Source: Mobula birostris | Taxonomy: Eukaryota | NCBI RefSeq assembly: GCF_030028105.1 | Contig: NC_092382.1 | Span: 21,865,792-21,929,791, forward strand | DNA: 64,000 nt | Direction of reading: 5' to 3' | Shown here: positions 1 through 12,752 of the stretch, piece by piece | Position numbering within the stretch: position 1 is the stretch's first letter | How the letters are laid out: each line of letters opens with the position of its first letter | Translations under genes and position numbers: made by a program | Notes under the pieces: generated by a model | The model's database searches: none | Told to the model about the DNA's origin: nothing | Seen by the model: only the letters and a program-made list of their open reading frames with translations

Positions 1-279
1 TCTAGTCAAACTCGCCAGCTCTCTGCCTCTTTCCTCAAAATGTTCTTTGAAATCTCTCCCTCTAGGAAACATGTTTCCCTGTGTCTCACTGTGTTCTCTG
101 TCACAGTCCCAACATTTACCTGGTCAGATTTTTGTGGCTCAACAATTTAACCGCCCGACGTAAAGTACCACCGTTGGTGGAAACAGAGGTCAGGTTTCAA
201 CATTATGAACTCTGCTTCAGCCACATCTGGGCCATTGCGTACCGTTCCAATTTCCCCACTACCGGAGGGATGTTGAGGC

Positions 280-790
280 TTTAGAGAGGGAGCACAAGAG
301 ATTCACCAGGATGCTGTCTGGTTCAGAGGGCATGTGCTATCACGAGAGGCTGGAGAAAATTAGATTGTTTTCTCTGGACCATCAGAGGCCGAGGGAGCTC
401 TGACACAGGTTGACAACATTATGAGAGGCTTAGATAGAGTAGACAGAGAGAATAGGTTTCCTGGGGTTCAAATGTCTATTACTAGAGGGCCTGCAGTGAA
501 GGTGAGAGGGGGTTGGATTATGGGAGATGTGAGAGATAGTTTTTTTTTTAAATCAGAGAGTCGTGGATGCCTGGAATGCACTGCCTGGTACGGTGGTAGA
601 GGCAAATTGTTAGAGACTTCTGAGAGACGTTTGGATAGACACATGGATGTAAGGAAGATGGACGCATATGGACATGGTGTAGGAAGCAGAGATTAGAGCT
701 TGGGTGTGTCTGATTTACTTCTTAGCTGTTTCGGCACAATATGATAGGCCTAATGGCTTATCTCAGTGTTATACTCTGCAATGTTCAATG
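280..790 (+). mobile_element. CR1-type LINE 3' fragment (degenerate)
   Basis: Decayed CR1 ORF2 C-terminus/3' UTR wording (LEREHKRFTRML...; MRGLDRVDRENRFPG...). Boundaries approximate. Confidence 0.65.
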
Positions 791-803
791 CACGGTCACT
801 TAC

Positions 804-869
804 CTTTCAGCTCACTGAGAAACTCTAGTAAAAGTTGAGCGGGAATTGGTCGATGGGAGGGATCACAAC
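804..869 (-). CDS. NLR-family gene, coding exon 4 (linker after the death-fold domain; gene continues off the left edge)
   Basis: ttcatcAG acceptor; 66 nt, phase 1 to phase 1, (G)CDPSHRPIPAQLLLEFLSELK; GTAAGT donor. In frame with the upstream exon. Confidence 0.75.
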
Positions 870-967
870 CTGATGAATTTAAACAAATTGAGGAAATCAT
901 TTTTGTAAATTTGTAAAGTGTGCTGTGTTGTGATCCAAATTTAAATTAATTGCTGATATTATCTCAC

Positions 968-1139
968 CATATATCTGTATTTCCTTCAGTATTTTGTCCA
1001 AATTTGGGACACAGTTCTGCATTTTCACAAAGGTTTCCCACATCACCCTCCGGGCGCGGGAGCCCTTCTCCATCACCAGGCTCAGGAGGAGTTTAGAACT
1101 GTCCGCCCGCTCTCCCTTATCAGCGAGATCAGAGATTTT
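968..1139 (-). CDS. NLR-family gene, coding exon 3 (second half of CARD/death-fold-like domain)
   Basis: cttcacAG acceptor; 172 nt KISDLADKGERADSSKLLLSLVMEKGSRARRVMWETFVKMQNCVPNLDKILKEIQIY-G; GTGAG donor, phase 1. Recognised as the N-terminus typical of elasmobranch NACHT-LRR (NLRC3/NLRP3-like) proteins. Confidence 0.8.
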
Positions 1140-1905
1140 CTGTGAAGAGTAACGGTGAACATATTGGGGACTGACAGATTCACACAGAGAATGAGAAGTA
1201 AATAATGTGCTCTGTAACGGGATCACACTGAGCAGTCAAAATCCATAAATAATTCCTCACTGGATTAGATGGTGTAAACAGAAATCAGAAAATAATGATC
1301 ACTGATGAAGAAGTTAGGAAGATTTTTATAACAGAGTGAACAGTCTCAGAGAAGTTGCAGAGAAGATGTTGTGATTCATTTCCTCAGTCGGCCAGTGTCC
1401 AACATGACAGCGGATTACCGGCTGACACCTGACGCCTTTCCTTTGCCTTTTCTGGTGGAGGTTTATTCAGTGATTACACATTACAACATGGCAGTATTCC
1501 CCGATCCACACTGTTTGCAGTTACAGATTGTAACACAATCATCTCCACCCAGAACAGAACACACTCCAGCTCCTGTGGCATCCATGACTGATGCCCCAAT
1601 TCTCACTGACATCGTACCGTCACGCTGTACAGTCTTCCCAGAATGAAAGTTCCTACCATATTTCCACTTAAACTCCTTTACTGCTACCTCATACAATTGT
1701 TACCGGCTCCCCTCGCTCTGAACATTGAGCCGCCACTGGAGTGTTTACACCTTTTTTTAATCATTCCTTCAAATTCACAGTTTTAAGAATTATATATATT
1801 CATTTCTGATTTATTTTTATGCTTTATTATCCGCTGAGTCAGAGTTCCGACACCCATCAGTCCTGTGACGTGTGAACATTCAAACCCATTCTCCCTCCCA
1901 CTCAC

Positions 1906-2072
1906 CCGATGTTCCTCTCCGCTGAACTGATTCTTGGCCGTTAACGCCAGGCTCACTCCGTGCACCCCTCCTTCCATCGCCTGCTCCAGCCTGTCCCGGT
2001 AGAAATCCGTCAACTGCAGCAGCTGGAAATCGTCCCAGCTTGCCAGGAGCTCGGTGATCACTGAGCTCGGAC
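1906..2072 (-). CDS. NLR-family gene, coding exon 2 (first half of CARD/death-fold-like domain)
   Basis: cttcacAG acceptor; 167 nt (G)PSSVITELLASWDDFQLLQLTDFYRDRLEQAMEGGVHGVSLALTAKNQFSGEEHR; GTGAGT donor, phase 0. Phases match both neighbouring exons. Confidence 0.8.
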
Positions 2073-2155
2073 CTGTGAAGGAAAATGGCGAAAATTAAAG
2101 AATTTACCGACCCCATATTGGGCAGCAACTTTCTCTCTGGAACCTAAAGATCACC

Positions 2156-2470
2156 AAATAATAAAGGCAGCCGTTAGTCTTGCGAGACCATGGATCTGCG
2201 CCCGGAAAGTCTTCACACTCCAGGGCGCAGGTCTGGGCAAATTTGTATGGAAGACAGCAGTTGCCCATGCTGCAAGTCTCCCCTCTCCACGACACTGATG
2301 TTGTCCAAGGGAAGGGCATTAGGACCCATACAGCTTGGCAGCAGTGTCATCGCAGAGCAATGTGTGATTAGGTGTCTTGCTCAAGGACACAACACATTCC
2401 CTCGGCTGGGGCTCGAACTCACGACATTCAGATCGCTAGTCGAATGCCTTAACCACTTGGCCATGTGCCC
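2156..2470 (-). mobile_element. tRNA-derived SINE with CORE-like central domain
   Basis: Minus strand begins GGGCACATGGCCAAGTGGTTAAGGC (Pol III A box), then GAGTTCGAGCCC (B box), then a CORE-like TGTGTCCTTGAGCAAGACACCTAA motif. Confidence 0.75.
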
Positions 2471-2789
2471 ACAAGATCACCAAATACAGTCCGAATATAT
2501 ATACATTGGTTGGGTGGGGGGGGGGGGAGAGGAAAGGGCTTGGGCCGGGGGGGGTGCGTGTTGGGGGGCACCGGGGGTGTAGAAGGGGGTATAGTTCCAT
2601 CTGTGGAAGGCTGCTGTTTCGTGTCCCCGAGAATATACCTCCGTGTTTGGAAAGGACTCTGCCTATTGCTGGGAATATACAGTAGTAACCCATCACCATC
2701 ACTCTCCTGGTACTGCCCATCACCACTGCTTTGCCCTGGGTTACTTTCTGCAATTCCGGTCAACCCCTTCCTCAGAAAATCTCTGGGAT

Positions 2790-3060
2790 ATCTCACAAAT
2801 TTCTGGAGGTACTCAGCATGCCAGGCAGCATCTACGGTGGAGAATAAACAATGAACGTTTCGGGCCAAGGCCCTTCATCAGACTGGAAATGAAGGGGCAG
2901 AAATTCTGGATATTGTCAGATTACTTTCTATTCCTTGTGGTCCTGGTTTGAAACGTTAACTGTTTATTCCTCTCGATGGATGCTGCCTGACCTGCTGAGT
3001 CAGCCAAAATTTTGTGTGTCTTTGTGCTGCTCGAAACTTCCAGCATCTGCAAAATTCCTG
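2790..3060. mobile_element. Inverted pair of Penelope-like terminal (pLTR) fragments, with a hammerhead-like core on the minus strand at 2848-2886
   Basis: Minus: cagt-CTGATGA-agggccttggccc-GAAA-CGTT. Plus arm 2950-3060 carries the same tail (gatgctgcctgacctgctgag...ccagcatctgca) as the Penelope copy ending near 40990. Confidence 0.6.
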
Positions 3061-3291
3061 TGCTCTGGAACACCTCACTGTTTTAATGTGTATCTCAATC
3101 TTCTGGAGGAGCAGGAGCAGACGGTAATTGTACCCCTTCCACGTGTGACTGTGTTTCCCCCAGAGATGGTAACTCTCTCTCTCATCTCTCTGCTCAGTTT
3201 TCACAAATATTTTGTGACTTGCCGATATTGAATTAAATCCAGACACGTAGTCAAGGCAATATTTATAAATTAAAATAATTCGCCAACATAC

Positions 3292-3352
3292 CCGTGTCCT
3301 TTCCCGATGTTGACGTCACTGGAACTCCTCCACTGCTCATTCCGTTATCCAT
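3292..3352 (-). CDS. NLR-family gene, first coding exon
   Basis: aaaATGG start context; MDNGMSSGGVPVTSTSGKDT-G; GTATGT donor, phase 1, matching the phase-1 acceptor at 2072. Confidence 0.72.
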
Positions 3353-4859
3353 TTTGAGGACAGTTCTGGTCAGATTTTTCTGCTTTGTAACAAACAAGAT
3401 TAACAGAATATTCAGCTATTATTTGAGGTGTAAATGAAAGCACTTTAACTGAGTCGTTCTCTTCCAAACATCTTGACATGGCCTGACCTACCCGCGGCCA
3501 GCTACCCACAGCCACACAATGCCCATTTCCACTCTCTCCATGGATTGTACACTGGGCCAGGATTCTCCAGGGTATCTGCTCGCTATATTGTAGGCAATTC
3601 TGTTTTAGGAACCAATCCTGTGTCTTGGACCGGGAGTGATGTGTCCATGGAATGGTTAGACAGGCTGAGCAGACTGCTTTGGTCCTCCTACCACTGGTGG
3701 TGCTATGGTGAGTAATGGACAAATGGGACATCTATTCCTCTCGTCACTGAATTATACAGATTTCTCAGTCACACCTGATTCTCACCGTCTCATTTCAGTT
3801 TAACATCGCCTGACGTTGACGCTTCTGGCAATATGCGGTTTGAGTCTATATAGAAACCCTCTGACATCCTGAACAACGCAGAATCACCCATAACTTCGCG
3901 ACATTTTGTCCTGAAGCACTATAGTTTCTCCAGCAGGACCTTAAGAACATAATTAACGCCTGAACTCCGGTCAAGATTTCTTTGAGCATTCAGATGGCCA
4001 TTATCAGAGTTACATGACACTTGTTAAACACAATGTAGATCCGCCATGCATCCAAAAGAGCGAGCTGACAAAAACGCTTTTAAAATAAATAAACAAAATA
4101 CTAGAATTATTCAACAAAACAGACAGCCTGTTAATATTCCAGGTGGAAAACCCTGTATCAGAGCTGAGCCTGTGTGTGGGAGCCACGTATCTGTTCTCTA
4201 TCTGCATTGTATTCTGCGTTGTGTATTTATGATGCTTTTTATGGTAACTTGTCGCATCAGTGGCGACGTGGTAAACGCGAAGGGATCAGTTACATATTTA
4301 TGCTTTGTTCGGCGCAGTATTCAGCCGGGGGGCGTATCTTCTGCAATCATCGGCTCGTTTACGCTGAGGTTACACTTGTGTACTTGTACGCGTCTTTGCT
4401 TCAAGGTTGTACGTTTGCCGATCGCTAATAAAGGATCGAGTACATACCTTTGACTTTTGAAACAACCTTTATTGGAGCCGAGGGCGCATCATACAAGTAT
4501 ATCAAGTCCGTGGGGATCGCAGGCAATGACAACTTGGTTTGGTTAGAATTGGCCGCTACAGATGTTCCTCAGTTTGCTAATCATTTTAAATACTATCTGT
4601 TTATATGACACATTTCTTTTATATAGTTCTTTATTTTAACAGCGAAAAAGTTATCAAATTGGATGCCCTTCTCCTTGGATTTGCACGCCCAAAATCGCGG
4701 CAGTTCTGCGGACGAAAACGCCTTGTTAATGAGAGAGATCAAGGAGATTGGCCAGACTGATATAATCTGACAGGAAGGCGACAGTAACTCAAATAACCAT
4801 GCGCCCAACAGCGGGGTGCAGAAGGGCGTCACTGAACGCCGAACATTGATTTTGGACGG

Positions 4860-7800
4860 CGTAGAGCAGCAGGAGACCCCGAACACTCTCAGTGCCCACA
4901 CCATTAGGTGCAAGTTGTACAAAGTAAAATGCCCACTGAGAGCAGACTTCCATATTTACTTAAACTGCCGGCGAATTTTATTGCTGGGATTTTTATTTTA
5001 TCACTGACAGATATACACCGTCTTTGCCAATGAAAAAAAAATACACAGAATAAAAAAAAGAGACACGAATCCGTTAATCCACAATATTGAACTGGTAGAA
5101 ACACGAGAAATACTATCGTAATAAAACACCATAACATTTCCCCGTATAGTCTCTGTACTTACCTGTTGCTAGGCTCCTGATTCAGTTTCCTGCAAATCTG
5201 AGCATCTGAGTTTTATATCCCTACCAGTAAGTGAACACACACTGAGCAAAGTTCAGTTGATAACTCGCTCATAAACCTGAACTTCAGCCTATTCAGCTTG
5301 TAACGCCGCACCCTGTTCCACAACGCTTGTGTTAAACCACAGACAGACTCATTATGCTTGAACGCGTCTTTCTAACAAGTGGTCCGAGCCGGATTTAATA
5401 CTTAAGTGCAAGCGGTGCAAAGATTACGTTTCTCTCGAATATTTGAACTGTTTCGGAGAGGAAGAAAACCCGCATCCTGGTCCGCTCCACTGGTGCCGTC
5501 GCTTTGATTTATTGTTCACCTTAGCACCAGTTTATTGTCAGATGATAAACCTCAGCGACAGCTCAGGGCAAAGATCGCCCTGGTTTTATTGCACAGAGAC
5601 AGGGAAAGGAAGGGCGCTCTGAACTCTGATGGAATATTATGTATTTGGAATAATGTTCTCTTCTGAACAGGACGCATTCCCTTTCTCCAGATTTTACTGT
5701 GCCCCCTCTGCCTGGAGCTGACTTCAAGGTCACCCTGTTTATAAAGAGCCATTTTTAACAGTTGTCTGCAGTTGGACCATTACAGTAACTGAGCAACTGT
5801 GCCGAAATAAGCATCTCCCAGAGATAACAAATGGCCAAAGTCGACAGCGATATAAGGACACCCTTCCCCTTCAGTTTATTGCTCACTGACTGGAAACAGG
5901 TTACCATGTCACAGCAGCAATCGTATGAAATTATGATCATTTCCCGCCGGCGAATTTACCTGGCAAACCATTTACTTCACAGATACATCAACCAGCATCG
6001 CATTTATTTACAAATACTTCTACCGTTCCTCCTCAGAGAACGATGGGGAAAAAAAACATTAAATTCACTGCGTTTCTTATCTCTCAGTGTGCTCTGCTGG
6101 TATGTTGAATTAGTAACCGGACATTCACCCCCTCAGTCCTGTTCCGCCATTCACAACAGGACTGGGATCTCAGTGGCACATCCCTGCGACCGCCTGGAAT
6201 AATTCACTGCCTTGTCATTCTCGAATCTGTGCGCTGCGGAATTAAACATATTGGGAAAAAAAAACTCTGCGTGTCGTTTCCCTTGAAAACTGTTCCACCT
6301 CATCTATCTTCACCTGCTTCAGCTTCCCCGGGAACAGCAACTGATAGTATGTATACGGTAGAAAAGTTAGAAATACTTCCGTAACGAATAGGGTTATTAG
6401 AGCACCATAACACAGCCCAGTACAGTTCCTGTTCTTACCTGGTGCTGGACTCCCGAGTCTGTTCTCAGTGAATCCGAGCATCTGAATGTTATGTCCCTAA
6501 CAGTAAGTGATCACACCCTGAGCAATGATCAGTTGATAACTCGCTCATAAACCTGAACTTCAGCTTATTCAGCGTGTCACGCCGCACCCTGTTCCACAAC
6601 GCTTGTAGTGAAAAACGCAAAGACTCATTTTCTTTGAATGAGCCTTTCTAACATGTGGTTCGAGCCAAAAGTACGACTTCAGTGCGCCATGCAATGATTG
6701 CCTTTGTCTGGAAAATTTGATCTGCCCCAGGGAGGGAGCCCAACCCGCATCCTGGATCGGTTCCGCTGGTGTCGTCGCTTTAATTTATTGTTCACCTCGG
6801 GACCAGTTTATTGTCAGATTATAAACTCCAGAGACAGCTCAGGGCAAAGATCGCTGTGGGTTTGTTACTCACAGAGAGGAGAAGGAAGGGCGCCGTCAAC
6901 TCTTGTAAAATACTATGCATTTGGAGTATTTTTTGCTTTTTTTTAACACTGGGCATTCTGTAAGTGCTGCCTGAAGGAGGTAAGTCAATGTCAGCTTGTT
7001 TAGAAAGCCAGTTTTAACAGAAGGCCGCAATTGTACCATTACAGTAATGGGCCGATTGGGGGGCAACTGTGCCGAGATAACCACCTCCCAGAGATAACAA
7101 CCGGTGAAATTCAACAGTAAGATAGAACGCCCTTCCCTTTCAGTTTATTACTCACTTTCTGGAAACAAGCTACCATGTCTCAGTAGAATCATAAGAAATT
7201 ATGATTATTTCCCGATGGCGAATTTGCCTGGCATCGCACTTATTTTACAAATACATCAACCGTTCCTCGTCTGAGATCGATGGAGAAACACCAGACATTA
7301 AATTCACTTTTTCTCTGATCTCTCAGAGTGCGCTGCTGGCATGTTTAAATAGTTATAAGACATTCGCTCCCTCTGTCCTGTTCCGCCATTCTTTATTATC
7401 ACAGGCGCACTGTGATCTCAGTGACACATCCCTGCGAACGCCTGGAACAAACCATTCCCTTGACTGTCAATAATCTGTGTTCAGTGGAATTAAACACATT
7501 GAAAGAAAGCTCTGCTTCTCTTTCCCTTTGCGGAAGAGAATTCCAAAGACACACTAGTTCCACCTCAGTAAAATAACCTCATCTATCTTCACCTGTTTCA
7601 TCTCCCCCTACAGCAGCAAACATGTTTTCCACATTCCTGTCTAGACTCCGCGTGATGTTCAGTGTCCCCAGCAAGGACTCAATTCATTTATCTAACCACT
7701 AGTGGATAAAATCTCCCCTCCTTCATCTCAGTAACAGCGAATACAATAAAATCCCCGTCTTTATCGAATACCAGCCAATACAGCGCAGTGGTCAGCATTG

Positions 7801-9470
7801 AAGCGGACGGGGAACGCAGCAGAATCCCCTGGACGTGCACTCAGTGGCCACATTATTAGGTACAGGAAGTTCATAGCAAAGTGCCTAATGAGTGCAGAAT
7901 TTGCTATTTTAATCTACGGCCAGTGAGAATTACCACAATATTTGTTAATATAAATATCACTGCCAGATCTACCTGGTCTTAGCTAAAAAAAAAACACATA
8001 CAAAATAATCGAGCACACAGATCCGTACAGCCGCGCAATTTCAATGACAATACTGATATAGTAGAAATATTAGTAATACTGTCGTTACAAGTGTGCTTAT
8101 TAAAATACCATAACACTGCCGAATACAGTCCATGTTCCTACCTGATGCAGAACTCATGGGTCTGGTTTCAGGGGATCCGAGTATCTGAATTTTATGGACT
8201 CTAACAGTAAGTGAACACACCCTGAGCAATGTTCAGTTGGTAACACGCTCATAAACCTGAACTTCACGCTATTCGGCATGTAACGCCACACCTTCCTCCA
8301 CAACGATTTTGTTAAACCACACAAAGATTCACCTTGCTTGAATGAGTCTTTCTAACTTGTGGTCCGACCCAGAATTAATACTTCAGTGCGAGAAATTTTA
8401 CCACCTCCAGAGAGGAATCACTACTCGCATCCCGGTTCCGTTCGGTTGGTGCCGTCGCTTTCAGTTATTGTTCACCTTGGGCCCAGTTTATTGTCAGATT
8501 ATAAACTCCAGCGACAGCTCAGGGCAAAGATCGCTGTGGGTTTATTGCACAGAGACAGCAGAAGGAAGGGCGCTCTCAAATCTGATGAAACATTATAAAT
8601 TTGGAATAATGTTCTCTCTTGAACAGTGGACAATCCCTTTCCCAGATTTAACTGTGCCCCCGTAGCCTGGACCTGCTCTGATTTTAAATTGGCCCATTTA
8701 AATACGATCGTTAACAGTTGTCCGCAGTTGTAACATTGTCGGGAGCGGCTGTGCCAAGATTACCATCTCCCAGAGATAACTACCAGTCAAAGTCGTTAAC
8801 AAGATAAGGATACCCTTCTCCTTCAGTTTATTACTCACTGACTGGAAACAAATTGCAGGATCACAGCGCCATCATATGAGATTTGGATCATTTCCCGCTG
8901 GTGAATTTGTCTGACAGCGTATTTACTTTGCGGAAACATCAACGGTTTCTCCTCATTGACTAATAGAAAACGATGTAAACATTAATTACACAGGGCCTGT
9001 TTGTCTGAGATTGATGCTGGCCCTGTTGACTTAGTAGCAGGGCGTTCGGACTCTCAGTTCTGTTCCGCTGTTCTCTGATTCTATGATCACGACTGAACTG
9101 TGATCTCAGCGGCCCAAACCGGCCACAGCCTGCAACACTTCACTCACTTGCCAGTCAAGAATATGTGCTCTGCGGAATTAAACACGAAAAAAAACTCTGC
9201 TTCTCTTTTCTTTTGAAGAAGAGAATTCAAAGACACATTAGCCCCACTTCGTAAAAATAATCTCACCTAGCTTCACCAGTTTCAGCTCCCCTTACAGCAG
9301 CAAACGTATTCTCCACATTCCTGTCAAGATGTCTCATCATGTTGTATAAAACCTGTCACCGCTCTACTCATTTATCTGAACAAGCAGATAAAGTCTCCTC
9401 TCATTCATCTAAATAGCAGCGAATACCATCGTCTTCCATCATTTATCTAATACCTGCGAATGCAGTGAAA
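4860..9470. repeat. Three diverged tandem copies of a ~1.5-kb unit upstream of the NLR gene (~4860-6340, ~6340-7800, ~7800-9470)
   Basis: Colinear shared blocks, e.g. cgctcataaacctgaacttca (~5266, 6543, 8246), ccagtttattgtcagat (~5528, 6803, 8483), ctcccagagataac (~5815, 7086, 8767), cagtttatt (~5872, 7141, 8824). Confidence 0.9.
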
Positions 9471-10329
9471 AATAATCCGACTTTCATCCAGTAACAACGC
9501 AAAAAAAAAACCAAAAGAGATTGAACTCTGTTTCTACTGAATCCGCAAAAACATGTTGAGGTTCACAAACATGTCCTCACAAGAAAATTCAAACAAACCA
9601 GCTGCCAATGTACTAATTACCCTTTGAACTGCGACAACCGTTTGACATAAAGAAAACTGCACCGTATATGCGTTGACCCACATTAGATCTCAGCAACAGT
9701 CTCTATAATGGAATAATCACCTCTTTTCCACCGCTTAATTTTCATTGTCAATGTGGGTAGATTTCCGAATTACCCACCCACCTACGTACTGAAGGGTAGC
9801 CGGGATGGACTGATAGTGACGGCCCCAGCATTGAAGGAGTAAATAACGCGACCCCCAATCCCTCCGTCCGGGAACACTGAAGCACAGAATGTGGAAGGGT
9901 CCGACTCCGGCTGCAAGAAGCATAGAGCTGAAGTCGATTCGGGGCGATGAGGAGCTTTCCCCCTAGTGTGATACTGCACGGAAAGTACAGCGCTTCCAAT
10001 AACATATTCATCCGCATTGAGTCCCCGCTGGAAACGCTCAGAAAGTTGATCCAATGTGCTGAAGGGATCCGTTAATTCCCTTGAGAGCGAATTTTGCACA
10101 GTTCCACTCGTCAATAATCCTATAATTTCTGTCTTCAGAGTTCAGAAAGGTGCCAAGATCGACGGTGTAAAAGGAGAATGAGGCAACGTGACCAGCATTG
10201 GAAGTAAAAGACAAAAATAAAGCAAAAGTAAGAGCTTACCATATAACCAAAATTAGTGAGAAACGAAAATATTGGGCTGATTTGAAAAACAACTGTAACA
10301 GTCAACTAAAAAGTAATAAAGAGAGGAGA

Positions 10330-10700
10330 ATAATAAGAAATTTGCAGGTAAGACAGCCGGTAATATAAAAGAGGATACTTTTGTTTTGAGATATATGAAG
10401 AGTAATAGAGAGGCAAGAGTGGGTATCAGATCGCTGGAGAGGTAGCATTGGCGGACAAAGAAATGGTGGATGAACTTACAAAGTATTTTGTATCAGTCAT
10501 CACGGTGGAAATCACTAGGGATATGTCCAAATTCTAACGTATCTGCAATTGCCTTGACTAAGAACGATGTGACTGGAAGCTGTGACGTTCGAAGTTATAA
10601 AACTCACCTGAACCAGATGGACTTCACCCGAGGTTTCTGCAAAGGGCGGCTGAAGAGATTGTGGAAGCATTCGCAGTGAATTTTCAAGGAAAATCATCAA
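10330..10700 (+). mobile_element. CR1-type LINE ORF2 fragment
   Basis: Degenerate RYMKSNREARVG...DKEMVDEL..YFVSV segment, also present at ~38070-38400 and ~38820-38965. Confidence 0.65.
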
Positions 10701-10939
10701 TAATTACTGTAATCGGGTTTCTGAGCATTCGCTGGTCCACATTCATTCCGTATTGTTAAGTAATTAAAGCTCATCTCTTATTCAAACGAGGCGAAATGAA
10801 CTTATTCTGTGTTTACTTTACTATTTCCTTGACGCCATAGACCTCCGGGTCAAACTGTTTTGTCTATTCTATTGAGCCTTAGTGTCCCGTCTGCAATAGA
10901 AAGTTCGGTACTGTACTGTTGTTATCGTTGTCGTTACGT

Positions 10940-11275
10940 GCCTTGTTGTATGAGGTTGCGACGATGGTCTTTCCAGGACCGTGATTGCTCTTGGCAATTT
11001 TTTCTAAGAAGTGGTTTGCCGTTGCTATTGTGTTTACTAGACGGGTGCTAATATCAATACTCGTCAGAGAGTGTATGCCTGAGTATAACCAGGACTTGTG
11101 ATATTTGCCAGCTGCTCATAGAACAATCCAGTATCTTTTCTCATGCCTTCGAGGGACCTGATTGTGGGGAGTGGGGGGTCGAGCTAACCAGGTTCTGCGC
11201 CTTGTTCTGGGGTGAACTGCAGTCTAGCGGAGAGGAGGAGATTTTAAGAACTCGTTTGGTCGTAACGTATTCCCT
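10940..11275 (-). mobile_element. RTE-related SINE/non-autonomous element
   Basis: Minus strand contains gcaacggcaaaccacttcttagaaaaaattgcc, the same RTE 5' motif seen in the LINE at ~41770. Confidence 0.5.
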
Positions 11276-12463
11276 CCCGGTGGTGCTGAAACTTATTGAA
11301 ATCTATTGGTTAATCGTGATTAATGTGCATGGGTTGTAACGTTGTGCAGGCTTCAACGTCCCCTCTATCTATTTTTTACAGGGGCGCGGACCAACCATTG
11401 CTCGCAACAGGAAATGTTTACACGGCCTGAAAGCTGTGCGGCCCTTGCAACGCGTCGTTTATGAATATTTAGAATGAAATGTAAAATAAATCACATATTT
11501 TCGATTTTACTTGTCAATTGAAGGTATTATAAAATACAGTACAGCAAAAGGAAGCTTTCACGTTTCGAAATTGTTTTCTAGCTGTTCGCAATTCCATCTG
11601 CGCTGCAACAGAGGCCACGTGCGCGGGAGCATTTACGTGACAACACGGCCGCGCACCCGTGGAGCTCAGAGGGAACAATGATTCCCACACCACACCACCA
11701 TAACAGTGTTTGGTGCATTGACATGTCAGCGGCAACATGTTCTTGGAAAACAGGAGGAATTGTAATAATAATGTGTAACTCTTTTCCTGCAAGTACATTG
11801 ACTCTCCAAGACCAAGCCTCATGTGGTGCTTCTCGCTGGCGACACAGGAAAACTGAACACCCTTCAGTCTCAGGCAGGACTATAGAAGACGGGGAGGGGT
11901 CGGCCCACGGACTCGTATCACGCAGACCCACCAGCGTGTGGACACGCCCTGGTGCTCGTGAACCAAATCCCCAGCTATAGGTAATTACCCAACTGGATTG
12001 TGGCAGCCCCGGGAGAGGCGAAGGCGACGGGTGTAAACCAGACGAGAAAATCCGGACTGACGCCTTTAACGTGCTGGACGTCACAGGACATCCGTCCGGC
12101 AGCTCCTGAAGCCAAGCCGGTAGAAACACAGTGCTTCGCTTTCCTCTGGACTACACCGGCGAGACCAGTGTGGGGCCGGGGGTGGATTTTGACGACTGGG
12201 TATCTTAAGATCTCTGTACCTTCCACCCAAACTCTGCCCTGGAGAGCCCACGCTACTGCCGCTGTTTGTAGGGACAGAAACAACAGAAGAAGGAGCTGTT
12301 AAGATCGACGTGGGTCGCCTCCACAGCCTGGCACAACATTCACTGGCAGAAACTGCAGCTAGACCTGCCCCTCCAAAACTGGACTGTACAGATGCAGAAG
12401 GAGGCGGCAGCTCTACTACGGACCGACCCATAGCGCAGACTATATTTCCACTGTCCTTCGAGA

Positions 12464-12634
12464 NNNNNNNNNNNNNNNNNNNNNNNNNNNNNNNNNNNNN
12501 NNNNNNNNNNNNNNNNNNNNNNNNNNNNNNNNNNNNNNNNNNNNNNNNNNNNNNNNNNNNNNNNNNNNNNNNNNNNNNNNNNNNNNNNNNNNNNNNNNNN
12601 NNNNNNNNNNNNNNNNNNNNNNNNNNNNNNNNNN
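12464..12634. other. Assembly gap (171 N)
   Basis: Run of N. Confidence 1.
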
Positions 12635-12752
12635 TATTGTCGAAATATTAAAAAAAGCCACAGCACCTTTAGGTTTTCCGTAGAAATTTGCGAAGATTTG
12701 GCATGGCATCTAAAGCTTAAAAAAAAAGCTATTTTTAGACGCGCGGTGGAGA

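Noticed and set aside
2401-2470. tRNA-like sequence on the minus strand
   Set aside because: It has A and B boxes but runs straight into a SINE body. It is a SINE head, not a tRNA gene.
4046-4612. ORFs between the NLR first exon and the triplicated unit
   Set aside because: No recognisable domain or splice-compatible structure.
11578-12463. Several overlapping 100-180 aa ORFs
   Set aside because: GC-rich repeat-like sequence next to the gap, open in many frames, with no protein motifs.
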